From positions 32,001-96,000 of IMG/VR virus record IMGVR_UViG_3300045049_000339: a DNA stretch of 64,000 bases, one strand, 5' to 3'. Positions 1 to 8,950 of this stretch are shown here, piece after piece. The notes below the pieces were generated by a model, which was given only the letters and a program-made list of their open reading frames with translations, ran no database searches and had not been told where the DNA came from. This stretch comes from a virus. Position 1 is the first letter of the stretch. Each line of letters starts with the position of its first letter. Both the position numbers and the translations under genes were made by a program.

Positions 1-156
1 CACGACCTCATGCTGGGCGCCCACGAGGTCCAGCCGCCGGAGACCCTGACCACGGCCATGGAGAAGATGGTCCAGAGCGTTCTGGAGCGCTCCTACGCGG
101 TCGACGGCGACGGCGACAAGAACTGGAGCTTCTCCGGCTTCCGGGTCGAGAGCTAA
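1..156 (+). CDS. 3' end of a hypothetical protein (truncated by window edge)
   Basis: Frame 1 is open with high GC3 to TAA at 154-156 and is followed by a GC-rich hairpin (about 166-202). Confidence 0.6.
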   Translation, partial: HDLMLGAHEVQPPETLTTAMEKMVQSVLERSYAVDGDGDKNWSFSGFRVES

Positions 157-239
157 CCAGACCAGCAGGGCGGGCGGGCACACGGGGACTCGCCCGCCCT
201 GCTACATTTACCAGGAAAAGGAAAGAAAGGGCACGAATC

Positions 240-422
240 ATGGGCGAGAAATTGCAGCCACGTGGCGGAGCGGAAAAGCGGACGGCCGAAGAGGTGGCCC
301 GCCTGACCGAGGTGAAGTGCGGGGCCGAAGTATCCGACACGGGATATGGCCTGCGGGCACGAGGGATCGACCGCTCCAACCGCGAGACCGAGCTGAAGCG
401 CATCGAGAACAGGTGGCGTTGA
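240..422 (+). CDS. hypothetical protein
   Basis: Purine-rich RBS region upstream, high GC3, stop overlaps the next start (TTGA). Confidence 0.65.
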   Translation: MGEKLQPRGGAEKRTAEEVARLTEVKCGAEVSDTGYGLRARGIDRSNRETELKRIENRWR

Positions 423-928
423 AAGTGACCACAGGCCGTGGATTCATCCTCGGGACCGGCAGCCGGTACGCGCCGCAGTGGCTCCAGGAGGAGGTCTGCA
501 AGCGCCTCTTCGAGCTGTCGGAGACGGCCCGTACCAAGTACGGCGTCCGGCACCTCACGATCGTCCACGGCGGCGCTCAGGGCGTCGACAGGGTCATGAT
601 GGAATGGACCCAGCGGGACCGTCTGTGGACGATCGTGGACAAGCCCTTCAAGGCCGACTGGGACGCAGCCTGCATCACGGATCGGTGCAACCACGGTCCT
701 CGCCGGGTGCGGGACAACGGCACGGATTACTGCCAGGCACAGGGTTCGTACCGCAACGGAACGATGGTCGAATACCTGGCCAAGATGCGCGCGGAAGGCC
801 ACTGGACGGACGCGGCGGCCTTCTTTGAAAACCCCCGCTCTGCTGGGACCATGGACTGCGTCAAGCAGGCCGAGGCCGCAGGGTTCGAGGTGAAGAAGTA
901 TGGACGCTTCCCAGGGCGGAAAGAGTAA
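419..928 (+). CDS. SLOG-family (DUF2493/YspA-like) protein
   Basis: Motifs GTGSR, IVHGGAQGVD, ADWD, RNGTMV, SAGTMDCVKQAEAAG are typical of phage SLOG/DUF2493 proteins; start taken at TTG 419 (GTG 413 possible). Confidence 0.8.
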   Translation: MKVTTGRGFILGTGSRYAPQWLQEEVCKRLFELSETARTKYGVRHLTIVHGGAQGVDRVMMEWTQRDRLWTIVDKPFKADWDAACITDRCNHGPRRVRDNGTDYCQAQGSYRNGTMVEYLAKMRAEGHWTDAAAFFENPRSAGTMDCVKQAEAAGFEVKKYGRFPGRKE

Positions 929-1106
929 GAAGCAAGCCAAGCGGGTCAACGGACGCTGCTCCGTCTGCGGACGTCGAGTGCGGATGAATTTCGATAAAAC
1001 CGTCCGGGACCATTTCAGGGACAACCTGAATACCGAGAATCTCTGTCTCGGTTCCAATAAGCCTCCGACGCAGGAGCTGCGCCGGGAACGGGTAACCAGA
1101 AGGTAG
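900..1106 (+). CDS. small Zn-binding protein
   Basis: CSVC...H...C motif; overlaps the upstream stop. Confidence 0.55.
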   Translation: MDASQGGKSKKQAKRVNGRCSVCGRRVRMNFDKTVRDHFRDNLNTENLCLGSNKPPTQELRRERVTRR

Positions 1107-1115
1107 GAACTAGGA

Positions 1116-1424
1116 ATGTTTGGTGACTTTTTCGGTGACGGCGACGACATTGTCGAGGAGATCATCGAGGAGGCCGTCGTGATGGACGTCCTCATGAGCT
1201 GCGGGAGCTGCTACAACACCTGCACCTGCGGCTACGGCCGCGCGCCGATGCGCCAGCCGCTCCGCGCCCAGTCGATGCAGCCCCGCCTCGCGGCGTGTGG
1301 CCGGGGCTGCTACCACGGCCAGTGCTCCTGCGCCGGGTACGACCCCTTCGGCAATCTGCTAGAGGCGATGATCGTCGAGGAGATCGTCGAGGACATGTTC
1401 GACGGCGGTAGCGACTTCTTCTGA
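1116..1424 (+). CDS. small Cys-rich protein with acidic termini
   Basis: AGGAA RBS-like sequence, high GC3, 9 Cys between two IVEEI[IV]E[ED] segments. Confidence 0.65.
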   Translation: MFGDFFGDGDDIVEEIIEEAVVMDVLMSCGSCYNTCTCGYGRAPMRQPLRAQSMQPRLAACGRGCYHGQCSCAGYDPFGNLLEAMIVEEIVEDMFDGGSDFF

Positions 1425-1496
1425 CGGATCGTCGGATTGTCAGTGCCGGGTGACAGGATGGAATTCCTGCACCCGGCTCCACCAGGAAAGGCACAC

Positions 1497-2615
1497 ATGG
1501 CCACCATCGCGTTTCTGAGCCGCGACGAGATTGCCGCGCAGTTCAGCAACTACCTCGTCAACCACGTGATCCTCGTGCTGGACGCGTCGGTTTCGATGCG
1601 CCCGCACACGCAGGCCCTGATCAAGGCCGTCAGTGCACAGATCAAGCACATGTCGATCGAGACCGGCGAGACCAAGCTCAACCAGGAAACCCGCGTTGCG
1701 GTCTACACCTTCGGCGACACGGCCCACTGCATCGTCCCTGAGCGTGACGTGCACCGCCTCCCGTCGATCGACGAGGTCTACCGCATCGACGGCAACACCG
1801 CGCTGGTGGACGCCGTCACGCTCGCGCTGGACGACGCCGCGCTGGTCAGTCAGAAGTACGGCAACCACGCCTTCCTCGTCCTGGTCCTCACCGACGGCGA
1901 GGAGAACGTCTCCTCCGGCGCGAACGTGCTCGCCTTCCCGGACCGCATGAAGAACCTCCCGGACAACGTCACCGTGGCCTGTCTGGTGCCGGGCCGGGAC
2001 ACCCGCTTCTACCGTGCTCGCAGCTCGGTCGACGAGGCCGTGCGGTGGGGCTTTCCGCGCGACAATGTCGCCGAGTGGGACGTGCGCGACGTGGAGACGG
2101 CCGCACGCACCATGACGACGGCCACCACCAGCTACTTCCAGGCCCGCGCCACCGGCCTGCGTTCGACCACGAACCTGTTCTCCATGGGCGCGGACACGAT
2201 CAACGCCACCACCGTCAAGCAGAACCTGGTGCCGCTCTCCCCCGACGACTACACGCTGGTCCCGGTGACGCCGCCGAAGAAGGACTATGAGAACGGCGAC
2301 TACTGGTGGATCAAGGACTTCGCTGAGTTCTGCGGTCACAAGTACATCGCCGGACACACGGGCTACTACCAGTTCGTGTACGTGAAGGGGAAGAAGGCGT
2401 CCGAGGTCGTTTCCCCGACGAAGAAGATCATCGTCGTGGAGAAGTCCACCGGCCTCGCCTACGGCGGTCCGGCTGCCCGCCAGATCCTGGGGCTGCCCGA
2501 CAACGCGTCGATGCGTATCAAGTTCGACCACAACCCGGACTACGACATCTACATTCTTTCGTCCGCGAACAACCGCCACCTGATCCCCGGCACCAAGCTG
2601 CTCCTGCTGAAGTAA
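1497..2615 (+). CDS. von Willebrand factor A (vWA) domain protein
   Basis: MIDAS motif ILVLDASVSM, GNTALVDAV, VLVLTDGEEN; GGAAAG RBS before ATG 1497. Confidence 0.85.
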   Translation: MATIAFLSRDEIAAQFSNYLVNHVILVLDASVSMRPHTQALIKAVSAQIKHMSIETGETKLNQETRVAVYTFGDTAHCIVPERDVHRLPSIDEVYRIDGNTALVDAVTLALDDAALVSQKYGNHAFLVLVLTDGEENVSSGANVLAFPDRMKNLPDNVTVACLVPGRDTRFYRARSSVDEAVRWGFPRDNVAEWDVRDVETAARTMTTATTSYFQARATGLRSTTNLFSMGADTINATTVKQNLVPLSPDDYTLVPVTPPKKDYENGDYWWIKDFAEFCGHKYIAGHTGYYQFVYVKGKKASEVVSPTKKIIVVEKSTGLAYGGPAARQILGLPDNASMRIKFDHNPDYDIYILSSANNRHLIPGTKLLLLK

Positions 2616-2626
2616 GGAATAGGTAG

Positions 2627-2935
2627 TTGGAGGACGAAGCGCATTACTGGCTGTACGACAAGGACTTCTACTGGTTCGCACGCGGATGTGGCGTCAACGA
2701 CGACTACGCCCGTTGGTTCGCGAACTGGTACCGGGGAATGAAAATGCCCGCCCATACCGGTGCCTTGGAGTGTGCGCGCACTCTGCGGCTGATCCGGATG
2801 GAGAAGAAGTACCCGAAGCGACGGCACAGGAAGACGCCGTACCAGATGAAGCGCTTCGTCCTCCGCAACCGCAGGGCATTTACTCGCGCCCTTGCCAAAC
2901 AGGTGCAGGATAATAGGAAGAAGGAAAATGGATGA
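2627..2935 (+). CDS. hypothetical protein
   Basis: ORF in operon context; ATGA overlap with the next gene. Confidence 0.6.
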   Translation: MEDEAHYWLYDKDFYWFARGCGVNDDYARWFANWYRGMKMPAHTGALECARTLRLIRMEKKYPKRRHRKTPYQMKRFVLRNRRAFTRALAKQVQDNRKKENG

Positions 2936-3159
2936 ACAATCGGCGTGCACGCCAGGCGAAAATCCTGGCCCGCAGGGCAGAGCGGCGCAGCCGCAATGCC
3001 GTCAAGTGGCACATCCGGCTGGTGATGCGTCCTCCCTATTACGGCCAGCGCTGTCACACGTGCCGGGACGTGCCGCCGCAGCCCGGCGAGGTCATGGAAG
3101 AGGACTGGCGCAAGTGGGCCGGTTTCCGTGACGCAATCGAGAGGACTGGCAATGAGTAA
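2932..3159 (+). CDS. hypothetical basic protein (CxxC)
   Basis: ATGA coupling, AAGGA RBS. Confidence 0.6.
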   Translation: MNNRRARQAKILARRAERRSRNAVKWHIRLVMRPPYYGQRCHTCRDVPPQPGEVMEEDWRKWAGFRDAIERTGNE

Positions 3160-3376
3160 CGAGACGTACGTCATTCACGTCGTCGACATTCTCGACCAGA
3201 TGGATGACGAGCATTTCGCTATCGCGGACCTGAGCCTTAGCAATTCCATCGGAAGAGTCAACGACGAGGAGGACAGTCCGCTGACGGCGGTCGTTCTCCT
3301 GCTGGATCTCGTTCGTAAGCTTGACGGGGACCACGTTCTCGTTCTGCGGAGAAAGGAAGAGGAAAGCAATGACTAG
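3152..3376 (+). CDS. hypothetical protein
   Basis: GAGGA RBS; overlaps both neighbours by 8 nt. Confidence 0.6.
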   Translation: MSNETYVIHVVDILDQMDDEHFAIADLSLSNSIGRVNDEEDSPLTAVVLLLDLVRKLDGDHVLVLRRKEEESND

Positions 3377-4064
3377 GCACATTCTGCTGGAGGGAATCGT
3401 CGGTTCGACCGCGTACGGTTTCGCGACGGCGACCTCCGATATCGACCGGCTCGGAATGTTCGCCGTTCCGACCGTGGAATTCCTGGGACTGGGACGCGTG
3501 CAGGAGTCGGTGGTCCGCACCAATCCGGATCGCACCCTGCACGAGGCGCTCAAGTGGTGCCGTCTCGCAATGCGGTGCAATCCGACCGCTTCAGAGCTGG
3601 TGTGGCTGCCGGACGATCTCTATGAGATTCGCACCGAGCTGGGCGAGCAGCTCATCATGATCCGCGACGCCTTCCTGTCGGCCAAGTACGTCCGCGACGC
3701 TTATCTCGGTTACGCCTCTCAGCAGCTCCGCAAGCTGGAGCTGACCCAGATCAAGATGGACAACCACGAGTCGCCGGAGGTGGTGACCGACCGGCGTCAC
3801 AAGCACGCCCGTCACCTGGTCCGGCTGGTTCAGCAGGGCATCGGTCTGCATACGACCGGTTTTCTGGAGGTGCGCCTGGCCGACCCGCAGCGCGTCATCG
3901 ACGTGGGTGCCGCCGTGGTGGCCGACCCGGAGGCGGGAAAGCGCCTGATCTACCGCGCGGAGAAGGTGTTCGACGCGCCCGGCGTGCTGCCCCAGGAGCC
4001 GGACACGGACGCCATCGAGGGCTGGCTGCTGGACGTCCGACGGACTTTCATGGGCTCCCTGTAG
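3369..4064 (+). CDS. DNA polymerase beta-superfamily nucleotidyltransferase (RlaP/YcgL-like)
   Basis: GIVGSTAYGFATATSDIDRLGMF (hG[GS]...DxD), CNPTASEL, YLGYA, KHARHLVRL motifs. Confidence 0.85.
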   Translation: MTRHILLEGIVGSTAYGFATATSDIDRLGMFAVPTVEFLGLGRVQESVVRTNPDRTLHEALKWCRLAMRCNPTASELVWLPDDLYEIRTELGEQLIMIRDAFLSAKYVRDAYLGYASQQLRKLELTQIKMDNHESPEVVTDRRHKHARHLVRLVQQGIGLHTTGFLEVRLADPQRVIDVGAAVVADPEAGKRLIYRAEKVFDAPGVLPQEPDTDAIEGWLLDVRRTFMGSL

Positions 4065-4090
4065 ACAGCGCCTTGGAGGTGTGTTAGAGT
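4062..4090 (+). promoter_or_regulatory. sigma70/HrdB-type promoter
   Basis: TAGACA-N17-TAGAGT upstream of the 4119 gene. Confidence 0.6.
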
Positions 4091-4118
4091 TCAAACACAC
4101 CGAGGAACGGAGAAGGAA

Positions 4119-4343
4119 ATGAGTGACACCCCCACGCCGCCTCCAGCGCGTGTGGACCACTTCCCGGCGCTGGACGAGGACTTGATGTCCGCGCTCCACA
4201 CCGTACTGGACGACGCGATGGACGAGATCCACCACAACACGCACGGCTGGGCCGACGACCAGGTGGCCGCCATCATCGAGCTGAACGGAATGATGTGGGA
4301 GTCCGCTAAGGCCAAGAAGCTCTGGTGGGCGAGGAACATCTGA
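4119..4343 (+). CDS. hypothetical protein
   Basis: AAGGA RBS, high GC3, TGATG coupling to the next gene. Confidence 0.7.
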   Translation: MSDTPTPPPARVDHFPALDEDLMSALHTVLDDAMDEIHHNTHGWADDQVAAIIELNGMMWESAKAKKLWWARNI

Positions 4344-4537
4344 TGGCCGCCAACATCGCCGGACAGGGCAAGTGCCCGCAGTGCAAGGGCTGGTGGGCCA
4401 TCATCGACGCCCAGAACAAGGGCGTGATGAAGATGCGCAGGCACTGGGCGCACCGCCTCGAAGACATGGGTGACCGGGGCGCCTGCAAGGGCAGCGCGCA
4501 GGAGCCCACCGAGTACGTCCTGAAGGAACAGCAGTAG
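4343..4537 (+). CDS. small Zn-ribbon protein
   Basis: CPQC...H...C motif; TGATG coupling. Confidence 0.65.
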   Translation: MAANIAGQGKCPQCKGWWAIIDAQNKGVMKMRRHWAHRLEDMGDRGACKGSAQEPTEYVLKEQQ

Positions 4538-4635
4538 AATCCCATCGCGACCACCGAGGGATCGCACCGGGCGCCGCGTGACGAGCGCGGCGCCCAACAA
4601 TTCGAGCACCGACAACGTAAGGAACAGGAAAGCAA

Positions 4636-5391
4636 ATGTCGTACGGAAAGCGCGTCGCCACCTTCGATCAGTTCCAGCTCATCTTGCGGGAGAGCGCCGA
4701 GAAGGGCTTCGAGAACGCCCCGAAGCCCGAGCAGATCAGCGGTCTCATGGAGGGCGTCACCGTCATCCTCTCCATCGAGGAGATGAGCGCGGACTACCTC
4801 AAGCACATCGCCTCCGGCGCCCCGTACACCCCGCACCACCGGGTGCGCGCGACCATCTTGTTCGACTACGGCACCTACCTGGTCGACGTGCTGGACGAGA
4901 CGCTGTTCGCCCTGCCCACCCTCGACGAGTGGCAGGCCAGCCTCCCGGTGATCACGCTGCCCGCCGAGGTGATCGACGAGATCATGGCCGAGGAGGACGC
5001 GGAGAAGGCCGCCTCCGAGCGCAAGGCGACGCTGGAGCGCATCCGCTCCGGCTTCCCCGAGGGCGCGCTGGAGGGTGCGGACGCCGTCGCCGAGATCCGT
5101 GCCATGCGCGACGAGGATAACAAGATCACCTTCGGCGAGGAGGACGCGCCGGAATACCTCGACGGCAAGGACGACAAGCCGGAGGACGGCGGCTCCGGCG
5201 TCACCGCGCCCGTCCCGGACCCGGAGCCCGCGCCGACCACCAGCGCGGCCAAGGAACCCGCCAAGCGCCCCGCGCGGCGCCGTCAGCCCAAGTCCCTTGG
5301 GGCTGGCAAGGGTGCCCCGGCCGACCTGAGCACCCGTGAGGGATTCGAGGGTCTGGGGGAGCCTGTTCCGTCGGAGACCCCCGTCGGGTAG
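4636..5391 (+). CDS. hypothetical acidic protein
   Basis: AGGAAAG RBS, strong GC3 bias, followed by a hairpin (about 5414-5443). Confidence 0.75.
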   Translation: MSYGKRVATFDQFQLILRESAEKGFENAPKPEQISGLMEGVTVILSIEEMSADYLKHIASGAPYTPHHRVRATILFDYGTYLVDVLDETLFALPTLDEWQASLPVITLPAEVIDEIMAEEDAEKAASERKATLERIRSGFPEGALEGADAVAEIRAMRDEDNKITFGEEDAPEYLDGKDDKPEDGGSGVTAPVPDPEPAPTTSAAKEPAKRPARRRQPKSLGAGKGAPADLSTREGFEGLGEPVPSETPVG

Positions 5392-5599
5392 AGTGATCGA
5401 GGAGAAGCGAACGGACCCTGCCGCGATAGCTCCCGGCAGGGTCTGTTTCTGTCTCCGAGGGCCGCACCTGAGAAGTTGATCTTGGCTGGATAACGGCCTA
5501 GGGTGGGGCTGCACCAAGGAACTTGCGCCATAGAGCGCTCTGCCGGAGGGAGTCCCCACATGTGCCCCTTGACCCTTCGGTGCCACTGCCGGGGCGCGC

Positions 5600-8221
5600 A
5601 TGAGCACGGGTGACGTCTTCTCGCAGTCTCCGACTGTCGTCAATGGCCTCACCCCGTACAGCGCCGCTCTGTGGTACTACAAGCGCGGTCTTCATCCGGT
5701 CCCCTGGTACTCGCGCGGTGGTAAGAAAATCCTTGCTTTCAGTAAGGACGACCACTTCGATTACGCGTCGTACACCTCCGATCCCTCCCTCATGGAACGC
5801 GTCCTCGACGAGTGGGCGTTCCGGGGTGACTGGCAGGTCGGTCTCGCACTGAACGAGAACGGCGGCGTCTTCGCCGTCGATGTGGACAGCCGCGACCAGA
5901 TGGCCGCCTGGGAGGCCGAGCACGGCCCGATCCAGGGCGACACGTGGACGCAGACGACCGGCCGTGACGGAGGCGGGGAGCACCGGCTCTTCCGGCTCGA
6001 AGGACGCGGTGCCGTCTGGCCTAAGCAGGGGTCATTTGACCGTTCGCACCCGAACCTTGAGTTCCGGTCAAATGGTTTCATTGGCGTGTCCCCGTCCATT
6101 CACCCGAGCGGGCGCCGATACCAGTGGACGTCGGACTCGCCGGTCGAGATCGCCGGGACCGACTGGGACCTCGCCGCGATGATTTCGGCGCGTTCGGTGC
6201 GCAAGGACCGGTCGATTTCGTCCGGCTCAACGCGCGCGGCCATTCAGGCGGACGGAACAAGTGCGTACACGTCCGACGTGGACGAGATGCTGCTGACCGG
6301 CGTGCCGGTCGGCATGTCCCAGCACGCGGCACTCCGTGATCTTGTCTGGGACATGGTCAGTCGTGGCATGTCCGATGTCATGATCAAGGTCATGTGGGAC
6401 ACGGTCGTCTCGCGCACCCGTCTCACCCGGCCAGATCAGCCGTGGACCGAGGCGCACTTCGCCAGCCACCTGTCCAGCGCCCGTGAGAAGCTCGGTGGAG
6501 GCATCGACCCGGAGCTGATGAAGTGGGCCGTGCAGGTCCACAACGAGCCCGTACCGGAGCCGGTGCAGCCACGTGTCAGCACGACCCCGGAGGCGCCGTC
6601 ACCCGAGGTCGTGGACAAGCCTGGCAAGACGGGCGAAGCAGATCCGCTCCGGCCGATCACGTACGCCGAATTGAAGGGCTACGGAGCACATCAGGCCGGT
6701 ATGGGCGAGCTTTTCGCCGACCGTTTCCACAAGGTCTTCAAGTGGTCGAATGACGAGAACGCTTACTACACATGGTTCTCGTACGACGGAAAGCCTATCA
6801 CGCATTGGCGCCGTGAGACATACAACGCAATGGCGCCGCAGTTCATGCACCTCGTGCAGAAGCTCGGAAAGATCATCTGGGAGTGCGTCAAGGACTACCT
6901 GATGGATCTTGACGAGGGCACGGCCGACGGAAAGGAGCGGGCCAAGGCCGCCCGCGCCTATCTCCTTCCTTTCCAGAAGTCCGATTCAATTCGTGGCATT
7001 ACCAAAATCATTGCCGCCGATCCACGTCTTGCTGCTTCGCCCACGGACTTCACTCCGAAGCCGAATATCCTCAATTTCGCCAATGGCACATTCGATGTGA
7101 AGACCGGCAAGCTGTACCCACACCGACGTGAAGACATGAACACGGCACTGATCAACCGTGAACTCGACCTTTCGCTCGCCGAAAAGGATCTGAGCATCGG
7201 TGCCCCGCTTTTCGATGGAATGCTCTGGCGCATGTGCGCGGACGAGGGTGAGGTTGACCCCGGCACGCACGCACTTCGTGTACAGGCGGTGCAGCGCTGG
7301 CTCGGGTACCAGCTCCACGGCTCCAATCCGGAGAAGCGCCTGGCAGTTTTCGAGGGTGCCACCTGCATCGGCAAGAACCAGGTTGTCGAGGCCGTCGGCG
7401 AGCTGCTGGCCGATTACGCCTACACCTCGTGTCCGCCGTCGCTGCTGGTGCGCTCCCGCCAGGACCGGCACAGCTCGGTCGAGGCGTCCCTGTCCGGCAA
7501 GCGCCTCGTCATCGTCAACGAGCTGACCAAGGGGCAGGTGCTGGACGAGGGGCAGGTGCTGCGCCTGGTCAACCCCGAGGGCGCACGCGTCGACCTGCGC
7601 AAGATGCGCGAGAACGCCGTCTCCACGGAGATCACCTGGAAGCTCACGGTGACCACCAATGCGATGCCGCGCACCGACACCACGGACCAGGTGCTTGAGC
7701 GTCTGGCGTTCTTCCCGCTGTCCAAGATCCCGGTCCCGAAGGAGGACCGTGACCCCGGTCTGAAGGCGGCCATCCTCGCGGCGGAATCCGACGTCATCCT
7801 GGCCCACGTCGTCACCTGGTGGCGTGAGTGGTGGACGGCGCACGAGTCCGGCAACCACAACGCGCTCGCCCTGCCGGACGAGTCCGCCGCGACGCTGGCC
7901 GAATTCGTCGAGGACAACCTGACGCCGCTTCACGAATTCGTCGAGGAGATGTGCGTCATCGAGCAGGGTGCATTCACCGACGCCCGTGAAATCTGGCGCC
8001 GTGCCGTCGGATACTGGGAGGACCAGCACAAGGACAAGCGGCTGGAATACTCCGGCGGCCGGAAAGAGCTGTACAAGATCCTGGACGGAACCAAGGGTGT
8101 GACCCGTCGCACCCGAGGGAATCGTAAGGACCTGATCGGATTCGAGAACATCCGGGTACGACCGCTGTACGGTGAAGCGGACAAGGCCCTCCAGTCCTGG
8201 GCGGAAGGCGTCGGACGTTGA
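5600..8221 (+). CDS. bifunctional primase-polymerase (Prim-Pol) fused to D5/P4-family SF3 helicase
   Basis: N-terminal FAVDVD, QTTGRDGGGEH and SPSIHPSGRRYQW; D5_N-like LNFANGTFDVKTGKL; Walker A GATCIGKN; Walker B RLVIVNE; sensor TTNAMP. Confidence 0.9.
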   Translation: MSTGDVFSQSPTVVNGLTPYSAALWYYKRGLHPVPWYSRGGKKILAFSKDDHFDYASYTSDPSLMERVLDEWAFRGDWQVGLALNENGGVFAVDVDSRDQMAAWEAEHGPIQGDTWTQTTGRDGGGEHRLFRLEGRGAVWPKQGSFDRSHPNLEFRSNGFIGVSPSIHPSGRRYQWTSDSPVEIAGTDWDLAAMISARSVRKDRSISSGSTRAAIQADGTSAYTSDVDEMLLTGVPVGMSQHAALRDLVWDMVSRGMSDVMIKVMWDTVVSRTRLTRPDQPWTEAHFASHLSSAREKLGGGIDPELMKWAVQVHNEPVPEPVQPRVSTTPEAPSPEVVDKPGKTGEADPLRPITYAELKGYGAHQAGMGELFADRFHKVFKWSNDENAYYTWFSYDGKPITHWRRETYNAMAPQFMHLVQKLGKIIWECVKDYLMDLDEGTADGKERAKAARAYLLPFQKSDSIRGITKIIAADPRLAASPTDFTPKPNILNFANGTFDVKTGKLYPHRREDMNTALINRELDLSLAEKDLSIGAPLFDGMLWRMCADEGEVDPGTHALRVQAVQRWLGYQLHGSNPEKRLAVFEGATCIGKNQVVEAVGELLADYAYTSCPPSLLVRSRQDRHSSVEASLSGKRLVIVNELTKGQVLDEGQVLRLVNPEGARVDLRKMRENAVSTEITWKLTVTTNAMPRTDTTDQVLERLAFFPLSKIPVPKEDRDPGLKAAILAAESDVILAHVVTWWREWWTAHESGNHNALALPDESAATLAEFVEDNLTPLHEFVEEMCVIEQGAFTDAREIWRRAVGYWEDQHKDKRLEYSGGRKELYKILDGTKGVTRRTRGNRKDLIGFENIRVRPLYGEADKALQSWAEGVGR

Positions 8222-8297
8222 CGCCCCTGTTGATCAGGGTCCTGAGCTGGTAGAATCCGTTACTGCACCAGGAACGGCATATTCCAAAGGAGAATTC

Positions 8298-8876
8298 GTG
8301 GAAGCGAACCCCACTGCCTCGCCGCCGAGCATTCCCATGACTGTCCACCAACTGCGGGACGCGGCCGGGCAGCCGCAGAAGCGGTTCACCGGAGCCAAGT
8401 TGGCCCACACCTCGACCGGCGAGCACCGCAATCTCCCCCGGTGGCTGACGCTCGACCTGTTCCTCAAGCAGGACGGGACGTACATCCTGCACCGGATCGG
8501 GTACAGCGTCGTCTACCACTCCGTGGAGGGGCCGTGCGAGGGGGGCGAGAAGATGACGTATGCCACGCTGGCTGATATCACCGACGAGGGCGAGCCGTGC
8601 ACCAAGTGCCACCCCATACCGTTCAAGGCACTCATGGCGGCCGTGGAGTCGGGACACTCGGACGCGAATTCCAAGTCGGTTGCGCTGGAGCACAACTACT
8701 ACAAGGTGCTTGAAATTCCCGACGTTCCCACGCTCATCAGTGAGCTGGAGTTCGTGCCGAAGAACTCCCGCACGGGCGAGCGTGTGATCAGCCGCCCCGG
8801 CCAGGAGTTGCTGCTGCGCGCCGCCGACCTCGACCCCCGCATCTCGGCTGTCTTCGAAGCGGTCAAGGACATCTGA
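8298..8876 (+). CDS. hypothetical protein with CxxC
   Basis: AAGGAG RBS before GTG 8298; H..C...CTKC metal ligands. Confidence 0.7.
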   Translation: MEANPTASPPSIPMTVHQLRDAAGQPQKRFTGAKLAHTSTGEHRNLPRWLTLDLFLKQDGTYILHRIGYSVVYHSVEGPCEGGEKMTYATLADITDEGEPCTKCHPIPFKALMAAVESGHSDANSKSVALEHNYYKVLEIPDVPTLISELEFVPKNSRTGERVISRPGQELLLRAADLDPRISAVFEAVKDI

Positions 8877-8883
8877 GTCAAGT

Positions 8884-8912
8884 TTGACACGCCGTGTGAG
8901 GAGTCGTACAGT
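8884..8912 (+). promoter_or_regulatory. sigma70/HrdB-type promoter
   Basis: TTGACA-N17-TACAGT. Confidence 0.75.
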
Positions 8913-8950
8913 GGACTCGTAAGCAGGAACCAGGAAAGGACTACATCACC

